Notes under the pieces: model-generated
What the model was told of the DNA's origin: nothing
What the model saw: the letters and a program-made list of their open reading frames with translations, nothing else
The model's database searches: none
In this document: in pieces, positions 1 through 8,922 of the stretch
How positions within the stretch are numbered: the stretch's first letter is position 1
Layout: every line of letters begins with the position of its first letter
NCBI GenBank assembly: GCA_963794765.1
Contig: CAWCGC010000028.1
Location: 236,754-300,753, forward strand
Source: Bryobacteraceae bacterium
GTDB lineage: Bacteria > Acidobacteriota > Terriglobia > Bryobacterales > Bryobacteraceae
DNA length: 64,000 nt
Direction of reading: 5' to 3'
Program-made: the position numbers and the translations under genes

Positions 1-462
1 CGCCCATAATGAGCCATCGCGAACCATTGCTGTGACGGACCTGCCTCCGTCCAGCGGCTTTCTTTACTTCCGCGTATCCGCGAAACAGATGTAAGGCGGA
101 AACGCGGCCTGGTGTATCTACGGCATTGCGAAAGCCAGGGCTCACAAACTTTGACGTGCCGGTGTGGCTGTTGTGTCCCTGTATCCCGGCCATCGGTAAA
201 GTTATCACCGCGTTATCTTGCGACCCGAAGCTGCTGGAGCGTTCCGGTCAACCGTTCGTGGCCGCAGAACTTGCCCGCGAGACGGGTATCGCCGACATCG
301 ATGGGCGGCAGCCAATTCCGTTGACGCTCGCGTCTGCCTGAAACGGATTCAAGCGCGGTGTTTTTCCGCGACTGGAACTGGGACCTGCAGTTACTAGAGA
401 CTCGGCGAAGCGCTCTGGCTGGCGTATATTCAGATATGGTCAGACGGGGAATCGGAGTAAGA

Positions 463-1356
463 ATGATCACCGCAACCACGCAGCCAGGACCAGCACACAA
501 CATGAAGTTGTTCCATCTTCCCGACGGTCTTAGTGTCTGGAACAATCCCGAATCCGGCAGCGATAATGATTATCTCTACGGCGAGATCTTCGAGCGGCGT
601 TGTTACGAGAAGAACGGTATCGTCGTGAACGACGGCGATGTCATATTCGATGTCGGCGCAAATATCGGGATGTTTAGTTTGTCGCTGATGAAGCGATTCA
701 GCGATCTGCGGATTTACTCATTCGAGCCGGTGCCTGGCACCTATGCCTGCCTGGCTCGCAACGTTGCCGAATCACCGATGGCGAGCAGACATGTGATTAA
801 GACTCTGAACGTTGGGCTTGGAGCTAATGACCGCCAGACAACGATCGAGTTCTTCCCACGCGTTCCGAGTAACTCAACGCTGTATTCGGCTGACAAGCAT
901 CGCGACTTCGGCAGAGTCGTGGAGGGGGTACGGTGGGTCGACGAGTGGCAGAAGAACAGGTTCAAGGCGGTGCTGTTAGCGCCGTTGTTCCCGTTTTTTA
1001 AGCGGTCGCTGGGCAGAACGCTCGACCGCAAGATAGCCCAAAGTGTGTCATTGCCATGTCAGATTCGGACAGTGAGCGGGATTATTCACGAGCATCGGGT
1101 GCAAGGTATCGACCTGCTTAAAATCGATGTCGAGGGCGCTGAGATGGATGTGTTCGCGGGCATTGAGGAGTCCCACTGGCCGCTGATACGGCAAGTCTGC
1201 ATGGAGGTCGAACCTGCGAACAAGCGTCACGTACCGGAGCTGCTGGAACGGTTTCGTTCGCGTGGATTTACCAGGCTTGCCGTCGAAAGCCTGCTGGGCG
1301 GTGCCTGCCGGCTTGAAGATGCGGTCGCCTGCACCGTTTTCGCTGTGCGAAGCTAA
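463..1356 (+). CDS. FkbM-family SAM-dependent methyltransferase
   Basis: ORF 358..1356. It has the Gly-rich SAM loop 'DVIFDVGANIGMFSL' and 'IDLLKIDVEGAEMDVF', both typical of FkbM/Methyltransf_21. I moved the start to ATG 463, which has GGAG at 454-457. Confidence 0.8.
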   Translation: MITATTQPGPAHNMKLFHLPDGLSVWNNPESGSDNDYLYGEIFERRCYEKNGIVVNDGDVIFDVGANIGMFSLSLMKRFSDLRIYSFEPVPGTYACLARNVAESPMASRHVIKTLNVGLGANDRQTTIEFFPRVPSNSTLYSADKHRDFGRVVEGVRWVDEWQKNRFKAVLLAPLFPFFKRSLGRTLDRKIAQSVSLPCQIRTVSGIIHEHRVQGIDLLKIDVEGAEMDVFAGIEESHWPLIRQVCMEVEPANKRHVPELLERFRSRGFTRLAVESLLGGACRLEDAVACTVFAVRS

Positions 1357-1469
1357 GCGGTCGGTCGCGGCTCTGTAACCGGCGCGCTCCGGCGCCGGCC
1401 AGAATGTCGACAGCGGGATTTTGGAAAGTGACCACTGTTTGCTACGATACCCGTCCACCGGGATCTGAA

Positions 1470-2792
1470 TCATTGGCCAGCCTGGCTGAGCCCTGCGTTA
1501 TCCTGGGCCGCAGACGCAGGTGTCCTTTCGGAGGGTATAAGACCGAGCGCTTGTTCCAATATCGTGGCCGCCTTTTCCAAACCGTTTACTCGTTGGATTT
1601 CTGCTTGCCAGCGGCTACAGGCACTCCGGTATTTTTCATCGCTCAGCACCCGAGTCACCGCACGACGTAGTCTTGGAGCCGTTAATCTGTTGACCGACAC
1701 AAACTCACCCGCACCGATGTAGCGAATCCTCGCTGCTGTTCCGGGCTGGTCGTTTCCAACCGGAATCGCGACCATGGGAACGCCGGCGGTCAGGGTTTCC
1801 AGAGCAGTATTCAGGCCCGCGTGAGTAATCACAAGTTGCGCACGCCGAAGAAGTTCCAGTTGCGGAGCATAGCGGACAACCAGGGGAGTTCCAGGCAGGG
1901 GTCCGAGTTCGTCCGGATGGCAGCCACCGCCGAGTGAGAGAACGAGTTGCGCTTTGAGGCCCTGGCAGGCCTCGGCGATCGTTCGAAAGACCCAAGTGTT
2001 CTGATTCTGCAGACTTCCCATCGAGGCGTAGATCAGCGGCCGTGACGAGTCTAACTGGTCCCACGGAAACGGGACGGCTGGACGCGTCCGCAGGTCATGA
2101 AACGGACCCGTGTAATGGAAGTACTCCGGCACGGTCTTTCGAGGGAAATCGAAGAACGCAGGCTGCTGCGTGATGTGCGCCCGCGTTGAGGTGAGTTCCC
2201 CTTTCGAGGAATACGCAGGAAGGTTCCACTTGCGACGAATCTCTTTAATCGCAGCATCCACAGGACGGGCAAGAACTCCCCAAACAATGTAGAGCGGGAT
2301 GTGAACCAGCCGGCGTACTGGGTTCCCTGTGTATGACAGAGTTGAGAAGAAAGGCGGAATGTCAGCTTCGGCATACAGATCGAGGCCCACAGCGACTGTG
2401 GCGAATGGCACGTCGAGCATTCGGGCGATCGACTCGCCTCCCGCGAGAGTCTGATCTACGAGAAGCGCATCGATACGGGCCTCCCTAAACGACTCGAGGC
2501 CTTCGAGCATTACCGCGGTTGTGTACTTCACGAAGTAGTCGCGGGTGAAACGCAACAGGGCAAAGCCCGACAACGTTCCCAAGGTTCGGTAAGTCTCAGC
2601 AAGTGTCCCACTCGGGAAGGATTTCTCCGCAACGGGTCGAAATTCGATGCCGTGGGACAGAACGGCAGCCTCCATCTCAGGGGTCTGAAACGCCGTGACG
2701 CGATGTCCCCTGCTCTGCAGACGACGACCGAGGGCCGCAAAGGCATTGAGGTGGCTTGTCGCGGGTGGACACAGCATGCCGATGTGACTCAT
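1470..2792 (-). CDS. GT1-family UDP-glycosyltransferase (MGT/UGT-like)
   Basis: ORF 1470..2819. The C-terminal donor-binding signature 'THAGLNTALETLTAGVPMVAIPVGNDQPGTAARI' and the N-terminal 'MLCPPATSHLN' are typical of macrolide/UDP-glucuronosyl-type GT1. The likely start is ATG 2792 (MSHIGML), preceded by AAGGAAG. Confidence 0.8.
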   Translation of the reverse strand: MSHIGMLCPPATSHLNAFAALGRRLQSRGHRVTAFQTPEMEAAVLSHGIEFRPVAEKSFPSGTLAETYRTLGTLSGFALLRFTRDYFVKYTTAVMLEGLESFREARIDALLVDQTLAGGESIARMLDVPFATVAVGLDLYAEADIPPFFSTLSYTGNPVRRLVHIPLYIVWGVLARPVDAAIKEIRRKWNLPAYSSKGELTSTRAHITQQPAFFDFPRKTVPEYFHYTGPFHDLRTRPAVPFPWDQLDSSRPLIYASMGSLQNQNTWVFRTIAEACQGLKAQLVLSLGGGCHPDELGPLPGTPLVVRYAPQLELLRRAQLVITHAGLNTALETLTAGVPMVAIPVGNDQPGTAARIRYIGAGEFVSVNRLTAPRLRRAVTRVLSDEKYRSACSRWQAEIQRVNGLEKAATILEQALGLIPSERTPASAAQDNAGLSQAGQ

Positions 2793-2818
2793 ACTTCCTT
2801 TCAGGATATCGGAGGTCA

Positions 2819-4642
2819 CTAAGGCGGAGACACTCTGGTCGACCTGACGGCGGCCGGACGGCCGGTTTTGTTGTGCGTGCTGTCCTCGTTGCGGCGCAAC
2901 GCCTCGGTGCTTTGGTGGACGAGATATTGGCCGGCTTGAAACACGACCGGTTCTGACCAGGGATACTGCGTCCGCACGTACGGTGGCACCTTGCGAAGGA
3001 AGAGATCGGGATCGGTTGGATCCGCCGTATTCGGATTGAATAAACGCAATTCCCCCATAAGATGGTGTGCGTCACTGACAATGTACCGTTCAGGGCTGGT
3101 CGCCAGTGCGAATCGCACGGTATCCTGCCGGCGTCGATAGTAAAAAAGGACCTCGTCTATATAAGCGAATCGCGTGGACGGACTCACATTGAGTGCCAGC
3201 AGCAGGGGCAAGGTACCGAAGCTGTAGCACGTCAGTTCTTTATCTCGTATTCCGCGGGCCTTCAAGAACTCTGCTACGCGTTCCAGCTCCACCCAGTCGG
3301 GCCTGCCCGCCTTCGGTTCCAGAGCGAGCCGATTCTCGAGGTCGGGAGAAGCACCCTCTTTCCAGCAACGGGCCCAAAGCGCGGTGCGCTTCATGTCTGT
3401 GAGAGGGTGTCGTGCCGCGGCCATTGCAAGGAAGCCGCTCAGGACTACCCACCCCAATAGAGACTGGCCCGGCAACCAGCGCCGGCCGGCGACGACTGCC
3501 CCCGCCAGAAGGGTTGCGGGTGCGATGTGATACAGAAAACCATGCTGGAGGAAATTGGCTTGCAGCAACCATCCCAGGTAGAGTGCCGAGAAAAGCGCTT
3601 CGTCGTTTCCTGGCGGCGTGTCGCGCTGGTCTGTCCTATGGTCGATGGCGGTGCGCCAGACTGCCGAAAGAGCGATCGGCACCGCCATCACGTGAACCCA
3701 ACCCCAGGGAAAGACTTGCTGCAGCAGAAACATCGTGCGATCGATGAAGTTTTTGGGGTACTCCGAATAGTAGTCTCGCGCCCAGGTTACGGCGTCGAGG
3801 AACCACGGCCAACTCCCGGAGGTCCATAGCCACACCATCCCTGGGGCAGCAGCGAGAATTCCTCCGAGCAACAAGGCCGCTCCGTCCTGCATGATGATGC
3901 CCAAAACTCGTTGTTTTGCGCGCGCGACTATGATCGTACTTACTGCAAAACACGCCAAGGCCGGAACGATAACGAAAGGCTTGATCCAGATCGCAATGCC
4001 CCAGAGCAGCCCCTCGACCGTTGCGCGCAACGCGAGCCGGCCCAGTGCTTCGCATCGAGTACGCATTGCCCGTAACTGCTGACTACGCAGAGTCACCGCG
4101 CCCATCGCGGGGAGCAGCATCCACACGTCCCGCTGGCAGTGGCAGGATTCCGGCGTTGTCAGGTAGAACGCGATCAGACAGACTGCTGCCCAAAGACGGC
4201 CGGATGCCGTTACTCCCACGCTCCTCATCCACAGCACAATCAGGCCAATCGTCAGGGAGAGGCACAGGAAATCAGCTACGCGGAGCGTTTCTGACCTCCA
4301 GCCGTACAAGTAGCGGATCGCCACGTGCAGCCAGACCATACCCGGCAAATTGTGGTCGAAAACATCGCGGTAGTGAACACCGCCTAAAAGCAGATTTCGT
4401 GCCGCGACGTCATAGAAACTGGCGTCGTTATACAGCGGCATGCAGACGAACAGTGGCAGCCCCACACCCAGCAGAATGAGCAATGCCGCCCATCCGAGCG
4501 AGTCGGAAAGCGAGCTTAACGTGGGGGTGGATCGAGGAGCATGGATCGGCGGGCGAATGGTTGGTCCGATGACGTTCGCCTGCACGTCATCGGGCACGCT
4601 TGCGGCGGCGCCAGCCGAAGTCAAACAACGCGAGGACTGCAA
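2819..4642 (-). CDS. Polytopic membrane glycosyltransferase, GT-C-like (PMT_2/ArnT-like)
   Basis: 607-aa ORF with many TM helices. The first-loop acidic motif 'YNDASFYDVAARNLLLGG' resembles the GT-C DxD/ExD loop, and about 200 aa at the C-terminus look soluble. The ORF-track start at 4642 is a TTG that overlaps the upstream gene by 56 nt. A GTG at 4585, 1 nt after the upstream stop, is an alternative start. Confidence 0.55.
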   Translation of the reverse strand: MQSSRCLTSAGAAASVPDDVQANVIGPTIRPPIHAPRSTPTLSSLSDSLGWAALLILLGVGLPLFVCMPLYNDASFYDVAARNLLLGGVHYRDVFDHNLPGMVWLHVAIRYLYGWRSETLRVADFLCLSLTIGLIVLWMRSVGVTASGRLWAAVCLIAFYLTTPESCHCQRDVWMLLPAMGAVTLRSQQLRAMRTRCEALGRLALRATVEGLLWGIAIWIKPFVIVPALACFAVSTIIVARAKQRVLGIIMQDGAALLLGGILAAAPGMVWLWTSGSWPWFLDAVTWARDYYSEYPKNFIDRTMFLLQQVFPWGWVHVMAVPIALSAVWRTAIDHRTDQRDTPPGNDEALFSALYLGWLLQANFLQHGFLYHIAPATLLAGAVVAGRRWLPGQSLLGWVVLSGFLAMAAARHPLTDMKRTALWARCWKEGASPDLENRLALEPKAGRPDWVELERVAEFLKARGIRDKELTCYSFGTLPLLLALNVSPSTRFAYIDEVLFYYRRRQDTVRFALATSPERYIVSDAHHLMGELRLFNPNTADPTDPDLFLRKVPPYVRTQYPWSEPVVFQAGQYLVHQSTEALRRNEDSTHNKTGRPAAVRSTRVSPP

Positions 4643-5318
4643 GGCTGATCATAATTACTTGAGAGGTGGATGGCTCGGGAACGAATCCCAAGCGGACGTC
4701 ATCCAAGCCGATGCGATCGCTGCTGCCGATCCCTGCCCGGCCGGCGAGAGGTGGTGGCGACAATACAACCGTAGTCACCGATTCTCCAGTAAATCCAACG
4801 AATAATGCGCCGCCGTCCGGTGATATCGGTATCGTTATCGGCGCGAGCGCTCCCGCTATCGTGGTGATATTAAGCTGAAGCGAGTCGGGCTGTGCTCCCG
4901 TAACGTAAGCCCCAAAAGAGCGCAACTGCTGTTGAGAGGTGATGACCAACTGCTTAGCACTCTGCGAGTCGACGAAGCGTGAACCTCCGGCGGTGGTGTT
5001 ATAGCCCAACGTGACGCTTCCGGGACCCCCGGATGTTTGGCAGAACGAGGAGCAATTCAGCGTCACTCCTTGGGCTATCGTAAGCGGCAAAGCCGGCCCG
5101 ATGGGGAAACTCTCGAAATCGACAACTGGCAGAATATCGCCAACCGCGTTGGCGAAGGCAGCGGCCGCCGCGTCGGCATTTGGGTGCGGCTGACCGGGAC
5201 CAGCTCCGGGGTCAAGTCCGGTGAAGAGAATCAGGTCTGCACTGACCGGAGCCACACCGACTGTTAGCGCAGCAAGCAAGAACAGGAGTCGCGGCCAAAT
5301 CGTTGAGTGAATCCGCAT
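4587..5318 (-). CDS. PEP-CTERM sorting-domain secreted protein
   Basis: The C-terminus is 'VPEPSTSQVIMISLAVLALFDFGWRRRKRAR', which is the PEP motif, a TM helix and an Arg cluster. The signal peptide 'MRIHSTIWPRLLFLLAALTVGVAPVSA' starts at ATG 5318, inside ORF 4587..5468. Confidence 0.8.
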   Translation of the reverse strand: MRIHSTIWPRLLFLLAALTVGVAPVSADLILFTGLDPGAGPGQPHPNADAAAAAFANAVGDILPVVDFESFPIGPALPLTIAQGVTLNCSSFCQTSGGPGSVTLGYNTTAGGSRFVDSQSAKQLVITSQQQLRSFGAYVTGAQPDSLQLNITTIAGALAPITIPISPDGGALFVGFTGESVTTVVLSPPPLAGRAGIGSSDRIGLDDVRLGFVPEPSTSQVIMISLAVLALFDFGWRRRKRAR

Positions 5319-5380
5319 ACTGCCCTTCCGTTCGTCGCCGGTTGGCCGACGGACTATGTCCAACTCTACACGAAAGGTGA

Positions 5381-5962
5381 CTACCCGCGGATGGCCTGCG
5401 GTGCGGCCCTGACCTGCTGTCCGAGACAACACAGCACTTCTCGATAGAACTCGGGGTGCGATTGCCAAGTCTGCGCGGTCACGATCCGGCCGTCACGCAC
5501 AACCTGTTCAGCGACCCAGGTTGCGCCTGCGAGCTCTGTCTCGGCCCGAACGTGTTCATAGCACGTCACCCTTTTCCCAGCGATGAGCCCGGCCGTGACA
5601 AGGATCTGTACACCGTGGCAGATCGAAAAAATCCACTTGCTCTGGCGGTCGAATTCCTGCACGAGTTGAACCAGCCGAGGGTTGTTCCTGAGATATTCGG
5701 GTGCTCGTCCGCCGAGGAGCAACACGGCCTCGAACGCTGTTGGGTCAACATCATTGATTGCCACGTCGGACGCAAGTCCGTAGCCCTGACGTTCGATGTA
5801 GGTGTCCCACCCCGGCTCGAAATCATGCATCACCAGATGCAGCCGCCGGACGGATGGCGCAGCCACAACCGGATGGCAACCAGCCTCGCGGAGGCGGTGG
5901 ACTGCGTACAGGGCCTCGTATGCTTCGCCGCCGTCACCAGTGACCACAAGGATTTTTAACAT
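5381..5962 (-). CDS. DJ-1/PfpI family protein
   Basis: 'MLKILVVTGDGGEAYE...' together with the nucleophile-elbow 'IFSICHGVQIL'. Start is ATG 5962, with AAGAGG upstream. Confidence 0.85.
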   Translation of the reverse strand: MLKILVVTGDGGEAYEALYAVHRLREAGCHPVVAAPSVRRLHLVMHDFEPGWDTYIERQGYGLASDVAINDVDPTAFEAVLLLGGRAPEYLRNNPRLVQLVQEFDRQSKWIFSICHGVQILVTAGLIAGKRVTCYEHVRAETELAGATWVAEQVVRDGRIVTAQTWQSHPEFYREVLCCLGQQVRAAPQAIRG

Positions 5963-6234
5963 ATCGGACCTCTTATTCAGTGAAATCTCGCCGAATAGTA
6001 ACAGGTGTGTGATCTCGCGCGGGCCTGTCGTCCGCGTTCTTAATCGAGGGTGAAACATGCGAGTGATCGGAAGCCTGATTACCTTTTGTTTGCTGGTGTT
6101 AGTTATGCATTGGGCACTCTTTGCGCTGAACCCAGGCATCGCTGAGGTGCACACTTCCGCCGTTCACATGCCTCCACAGGCACAGGCCGCGGAAACTGCA
6201 TCCCAATAAGCAGCCAAGTTTTCGCAGAATCTGC

Positions 6235-6263
6235 TTGACAGCGCCACGCGCCGATGCGAGAAT
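6235..6263 (+). promoter_or_regulatory. Candidate sigma70 promoter of the blaI-blaR1 operon, flanked by palindromes
   Basis: TTGACA (6235-6240), a 17-nt spacer, then GAGAAT (6258-6263), 26 nt before ATG 6289. The palindromes GCAGAATCTGC (6224-6234) and CAGCAGGTTGCTG (6266-6278) could be repressor operators. Confidence 0.35.
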
Positions 6264-6288
6264 TCCAGCAGGTTGCTGCTTTTCCAGC

Positions 6289-6690
6289 ATGGCGCCATCG
6301 AAACATTCCGAGACGATAGCCACCCTAAGCCGACGCGAGCGTCAGGTGATGGATATTCTTTACGCTCGCGGCGAGGCGACCGCAGTCGAGATTCACGCGG
6401 CGATCGCGGATCCGCCAAGCTTTTCGGCGACACGCGCCCTGATCCGAACGCTGGAAGAGAAAGGCCATATCAGGCATGCCGAACGGGGGCTCCGGTATGT
6501 GTATTTCGCCAGTGTTCCCGCAGAGAAGGTCAAGACGTCTGCACTAAAGCATCTGCTGACAACGTTCTTTAAAGGGTCTTCGACTGAGCTGATGGCCGCG
6601 ATGCTCGACGACTCAAATACGAAGATCAGCGATGCAGAACTCGCAGCTCTGGAATCGCTCATCCGAAAAGCCAGAGGCTCAGAGAAATGA
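6289..6690 (+). CDS. BlaI/MecI/CopY-family transcriptional repressor
   Basis: The winged-helix N-terminus 'LSRRERQVMDILYARGEATAVEIHAAI...TRALIRTLEEKGHIRH' is a typical Penicillinase_R domain. Its stop overlaps the start of the next gene (ATGA at 6687-6690). Confidence 0.85.
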   Translation: MAPSKHSETIATLSRRERQVMDILYARGEATAVEIHAAIADPPSFSATRALIRTLEEKGHIRHAERGLRYVYFASVPAEKVKTSALKHLLTTFFKGSSTELMAAMLDDSNTKISDAELAALESLIRKARGSEK

Positions 6691-7851
6691 CGCACCTGTG
6701 GCTGATGCTGGCGATCAAGAGCACGGTGGTGCTTCTCACCGGGGTGTTTGCCGGGCTTCTGTTCAGAAACCGATCGGCGGAGGCGCGTCATCTCGTCTGG
6801 TATTGCACTCTGTGCAGTCTTCTAATCCTGCCGTTTGGACTGCTGATACAAGAGTATTCTCCATCCAATCCGCTTACTGTCCGGACGTGGTCAGTTGCGA
6901 AACCGGATCCGCGATGCCTGCCGGCTCAAAACTTGCGTGGATGACTGCGCTTTGGGCCGTCGGATGTGCAGTCCTGTGTACGAGAACGTGTCGCGCGCTA
7001 CTGGCTGGAGCAAGATTATTGCGTCGTGCGCGGACCGTTAGTGTCGTCGGAAGTCATCGCGTTTGTATTGTCGCTGGCATTCCGGGCCCTGTTGCGTGGA
7101 GTTTTGGTTCGGGAGCGATTATCCTGCCGGACGTAGCCGAGCACTGGGATGCTGCGGGATACGAATCAGTGATCCGGCACGAACGGGCGCACTTATTACG
7201 CGGCGATTCCCAAGCGCTGCTGCTGTCGGAAATCGTGTGCGCGTTGTATTGGTTTCACCCGCTGGTTTGGTTTGTCAGATCCCGACTGCGTGTTGAGCAG
7301 GAGCATGCGGCTGATGATTACGTTCTGGCTTCAGGATGTGATCCGGCAACCTATGCCTCGGATCTGGTACGGCATGTGCGAGCGCAGAAGCGGCAGCTGC
7401 TGTTTGCAGGTGCGGGACTCCGCTCCACGCTGCGCGGGAGAGTGGAAGCAGTTCTGGATACAGGAAGGAGAAGGTCTATGTTGAATCGCAGGATCAGGCT
7501 GGTCAGTTTAGCCTGCGCCATTGCATTTGTGATGCCTGTGGCAGGGTTGCAAAACGATCGCAAGGTGTACAAGATCGGCGACGGTGTCACGGCTCCACAG
7601 ATAGTCGCGAAAGAGGAGCCGGAATACACGCAGCAAGCCAAAGATGCCAGATTGAGGGAACAGTGGTTCTGTTGGTCGTCATCGAAGCTGACGGTCACGC
7701 CTCCGATGTTGCCGTGGCGCGCAGCCTTGACGACGGGCTCGACGCAAACGCAGTGAGCGCTGTCCAGCGCTGGGTGTTCAGACCTGCCGAGAAGGATGGA
7801 TCGCCCGTCGCGGTCAGTGCCCGCATTGAGGTGAATTACCGGCTGAAGTAG
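6687..7851 (+). pseudogene. BlaR1-like M56 peptidase sensor with TonB C-terminal domain, broken by two -1 frameshifts
   Basis: Three consecutive frames make up the gene. The first gives N-terminal TM helices (6687..6944). The second gives the M56 zinc motif 'HERAHLLRGD' and 'EQEHAADDYV' (frame of 6632..7756). The third gives the TonB_C domain 'IEGTVVLLVVIEADGHASDVAVARSLDDGLDANAVSAVQRWVFRP' (frame of 7663..7851). The shifts lie at about 6850-6940 and about 7649-7651. Confidence 0.8.
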
Positions 7852-7875
7852 ACGTCCTTAGCTGGTACCGTCGCT

Positions 7876-7921
7876 GAGCGGCCGCCCGCAGAGAAGCGGA
7901 ACGGCCGCTCTTTTCATTTTT
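7876..7921 (+). terminator. Rho-independent terminator after the blaR1-like gene
   Basis: A 9-bp GC-rich stem pairs GAGCGGCCG (7876-7884) with CGGCCGCTC (7902-7910). It is followed by TTTTCATTTTT. Confidence 0.6.
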
Positions 7922-7964
7922 ATCGAGCGTTGAGTACACACCACTCGCGGCATCACTGCGTGCC

Positions 7965-7970
7965 TACAAT
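7965..7970 (+). promoter_or_regulatory. -10 box (TACAAT) 6 nt upstream of ATG 7977; candidate leaderless transcript
   Basis: TACAAT-N6-ATG with no Shine-Dalgarno sequence. No convincing -35 was seen. Confidence 0.3.
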
Positions 7971-7976
7971 GAGGCG

Positions 7977-8600
7977 ATGTCAAATGCCTGGCTCGACATA
8001 CCGCTGGAGGATTATGAAGGCCATATGGCCTCGGCCGAAGTGCGACAGCTGACTGGTCTGTCAGAACTCTTCAAGTGCGCTCTGGATTATTGCCGTCCGG
8101 AGAGTGTTGCCGTGCTGGGGATTGCAGGCGGCAACGGACTGGAACAAATCGATCCCTCCGTCACAAGAAGGACCGCAGGAGTGGATATCAACCAGCAGTA
8201 CCTCGATGAGGTCCACCGTCGGTTTGGAATGCTGCCCGGCCTGGAACTGCACCGTCGCGACCTTACTAAACCGCTACTCGATCTGTCTCCTGTGGCGATG
8301 GTACATGCGGCCCTGATTTTTGAGCACATCGGAATGGATGTCGCTCTGGAGAACGCTCTGGCATTAGTGCTGCCGGGAGGCAAGTTGTCGATCGTGCTCC
8401 AACTGGCGAGCGAGGAAGAACAGGGCGTCACTCCAACGCGCTATACGCCGATACAGACTCTGAAAAAGGATTTCGAGCTGATTGACAGAGATGAACTTCA
8501 ACTTGTTCTGAGATCGAAGGCATTCAAACTGCTGGCGCAGAAGAACCGATCGTTGCCTCGGGGTAAAGCACTCTGGCTTGGCGTTTTCGGCAGGATCTGA
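7977..8600 (+). CDS. Class I SAM-dependent methyltransferase
   Basis: SAM-binding motif I 'VAVLGIAGGNGLEQI' and post-I 'GVDIN'. The ORF is 207 aa. Confidence 0.75.
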   Translation: MSNAWLDIPLEDYEGHMASAEVRQLTGLSELFKCALDYCRPESVAVLGIAGGNGLEQIDPSVTRRTAGVDINQQYLDEVHRRFGMLPGLELHRRDLTKPLLDLSPVAMVHAALIFEHIGMDVALENALALVLPGGKLSIVLQLASEEEQGVTPTRYTPIQTLKKDFELIDRDELQLVLRSKAFKLLAQKNRSLPRGKALWLGVFGRI

Positions 8601-8622
8601 TGAACGGTGGCAGTTCGAGATC

Positions 8623-8922
8623 CTAACCGCCGGCGATAGCGCCGATCACAAGCAAAGGCTCCGCACCATTTGCGACCTCGGGGGGCAGAAGCGCATCGAG
8701 GGGGTCGAACGAGATATCGTTCGCGCAGGCAAAGAATCTCAGATAAGCGCGCCGTCGACCCGTCTCGTACTCGCGAATCGTGCCGCGAAGCATCGGGTAT
8801 CGAGCCTCGAGTGCATCCAGAACGGACGCGACCGTCGGGTCGCCCTCGACTTCCACCGAAACTTCAGAACCCGCGACGCCAGCCAGCGCCCGCAGATGGA
8901 ACGGCAGCTGGACACGAATCAC
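8623..8922 (-). CDS. MoaD/ThiS-family ubiquitin-like small protein ending in Gly-Gly
   Basis: A 99-aa beta-grasp-like sequence, '[15 protein letters not shown]...[14 protein letters not shown]...', ending in '...AIAGG'. Its start overlaps the stop of the upstream propeller gene by 4 nt. Confidence 0.7.
   Translation of the reverse strand: MIRVQLPFHLRALAGVAGSEVSVEVEGDPTVASVLDALEARYPMLRGTIREYETGRRRAYLRFFACANDISFDPLDALLPPEVANGAEPLLVIGAIAGG

Noticed and set aside
2-341. Left-edge ORF fragments. One is the frame ending at TAA 92-94 ('...RTIAVTDLPPSSGFLYFRVSAKQM*'). The other is the 71-aa ORF 126..341.
   Set aside because: They are too short and I recognise no family. They may be pieces of one frameshifted gene whose start lies outside the window.
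6687-7851. Possibility that the two -1 shifts in the blaR1-like gene are programmed ribosomal frameshifts.
   Set aside because: I saw no slippery heptamer or downstream structure at either site. Similar 1-nt indels of both signs occur throughout the window, so an error or mutation is the simpler explanation.
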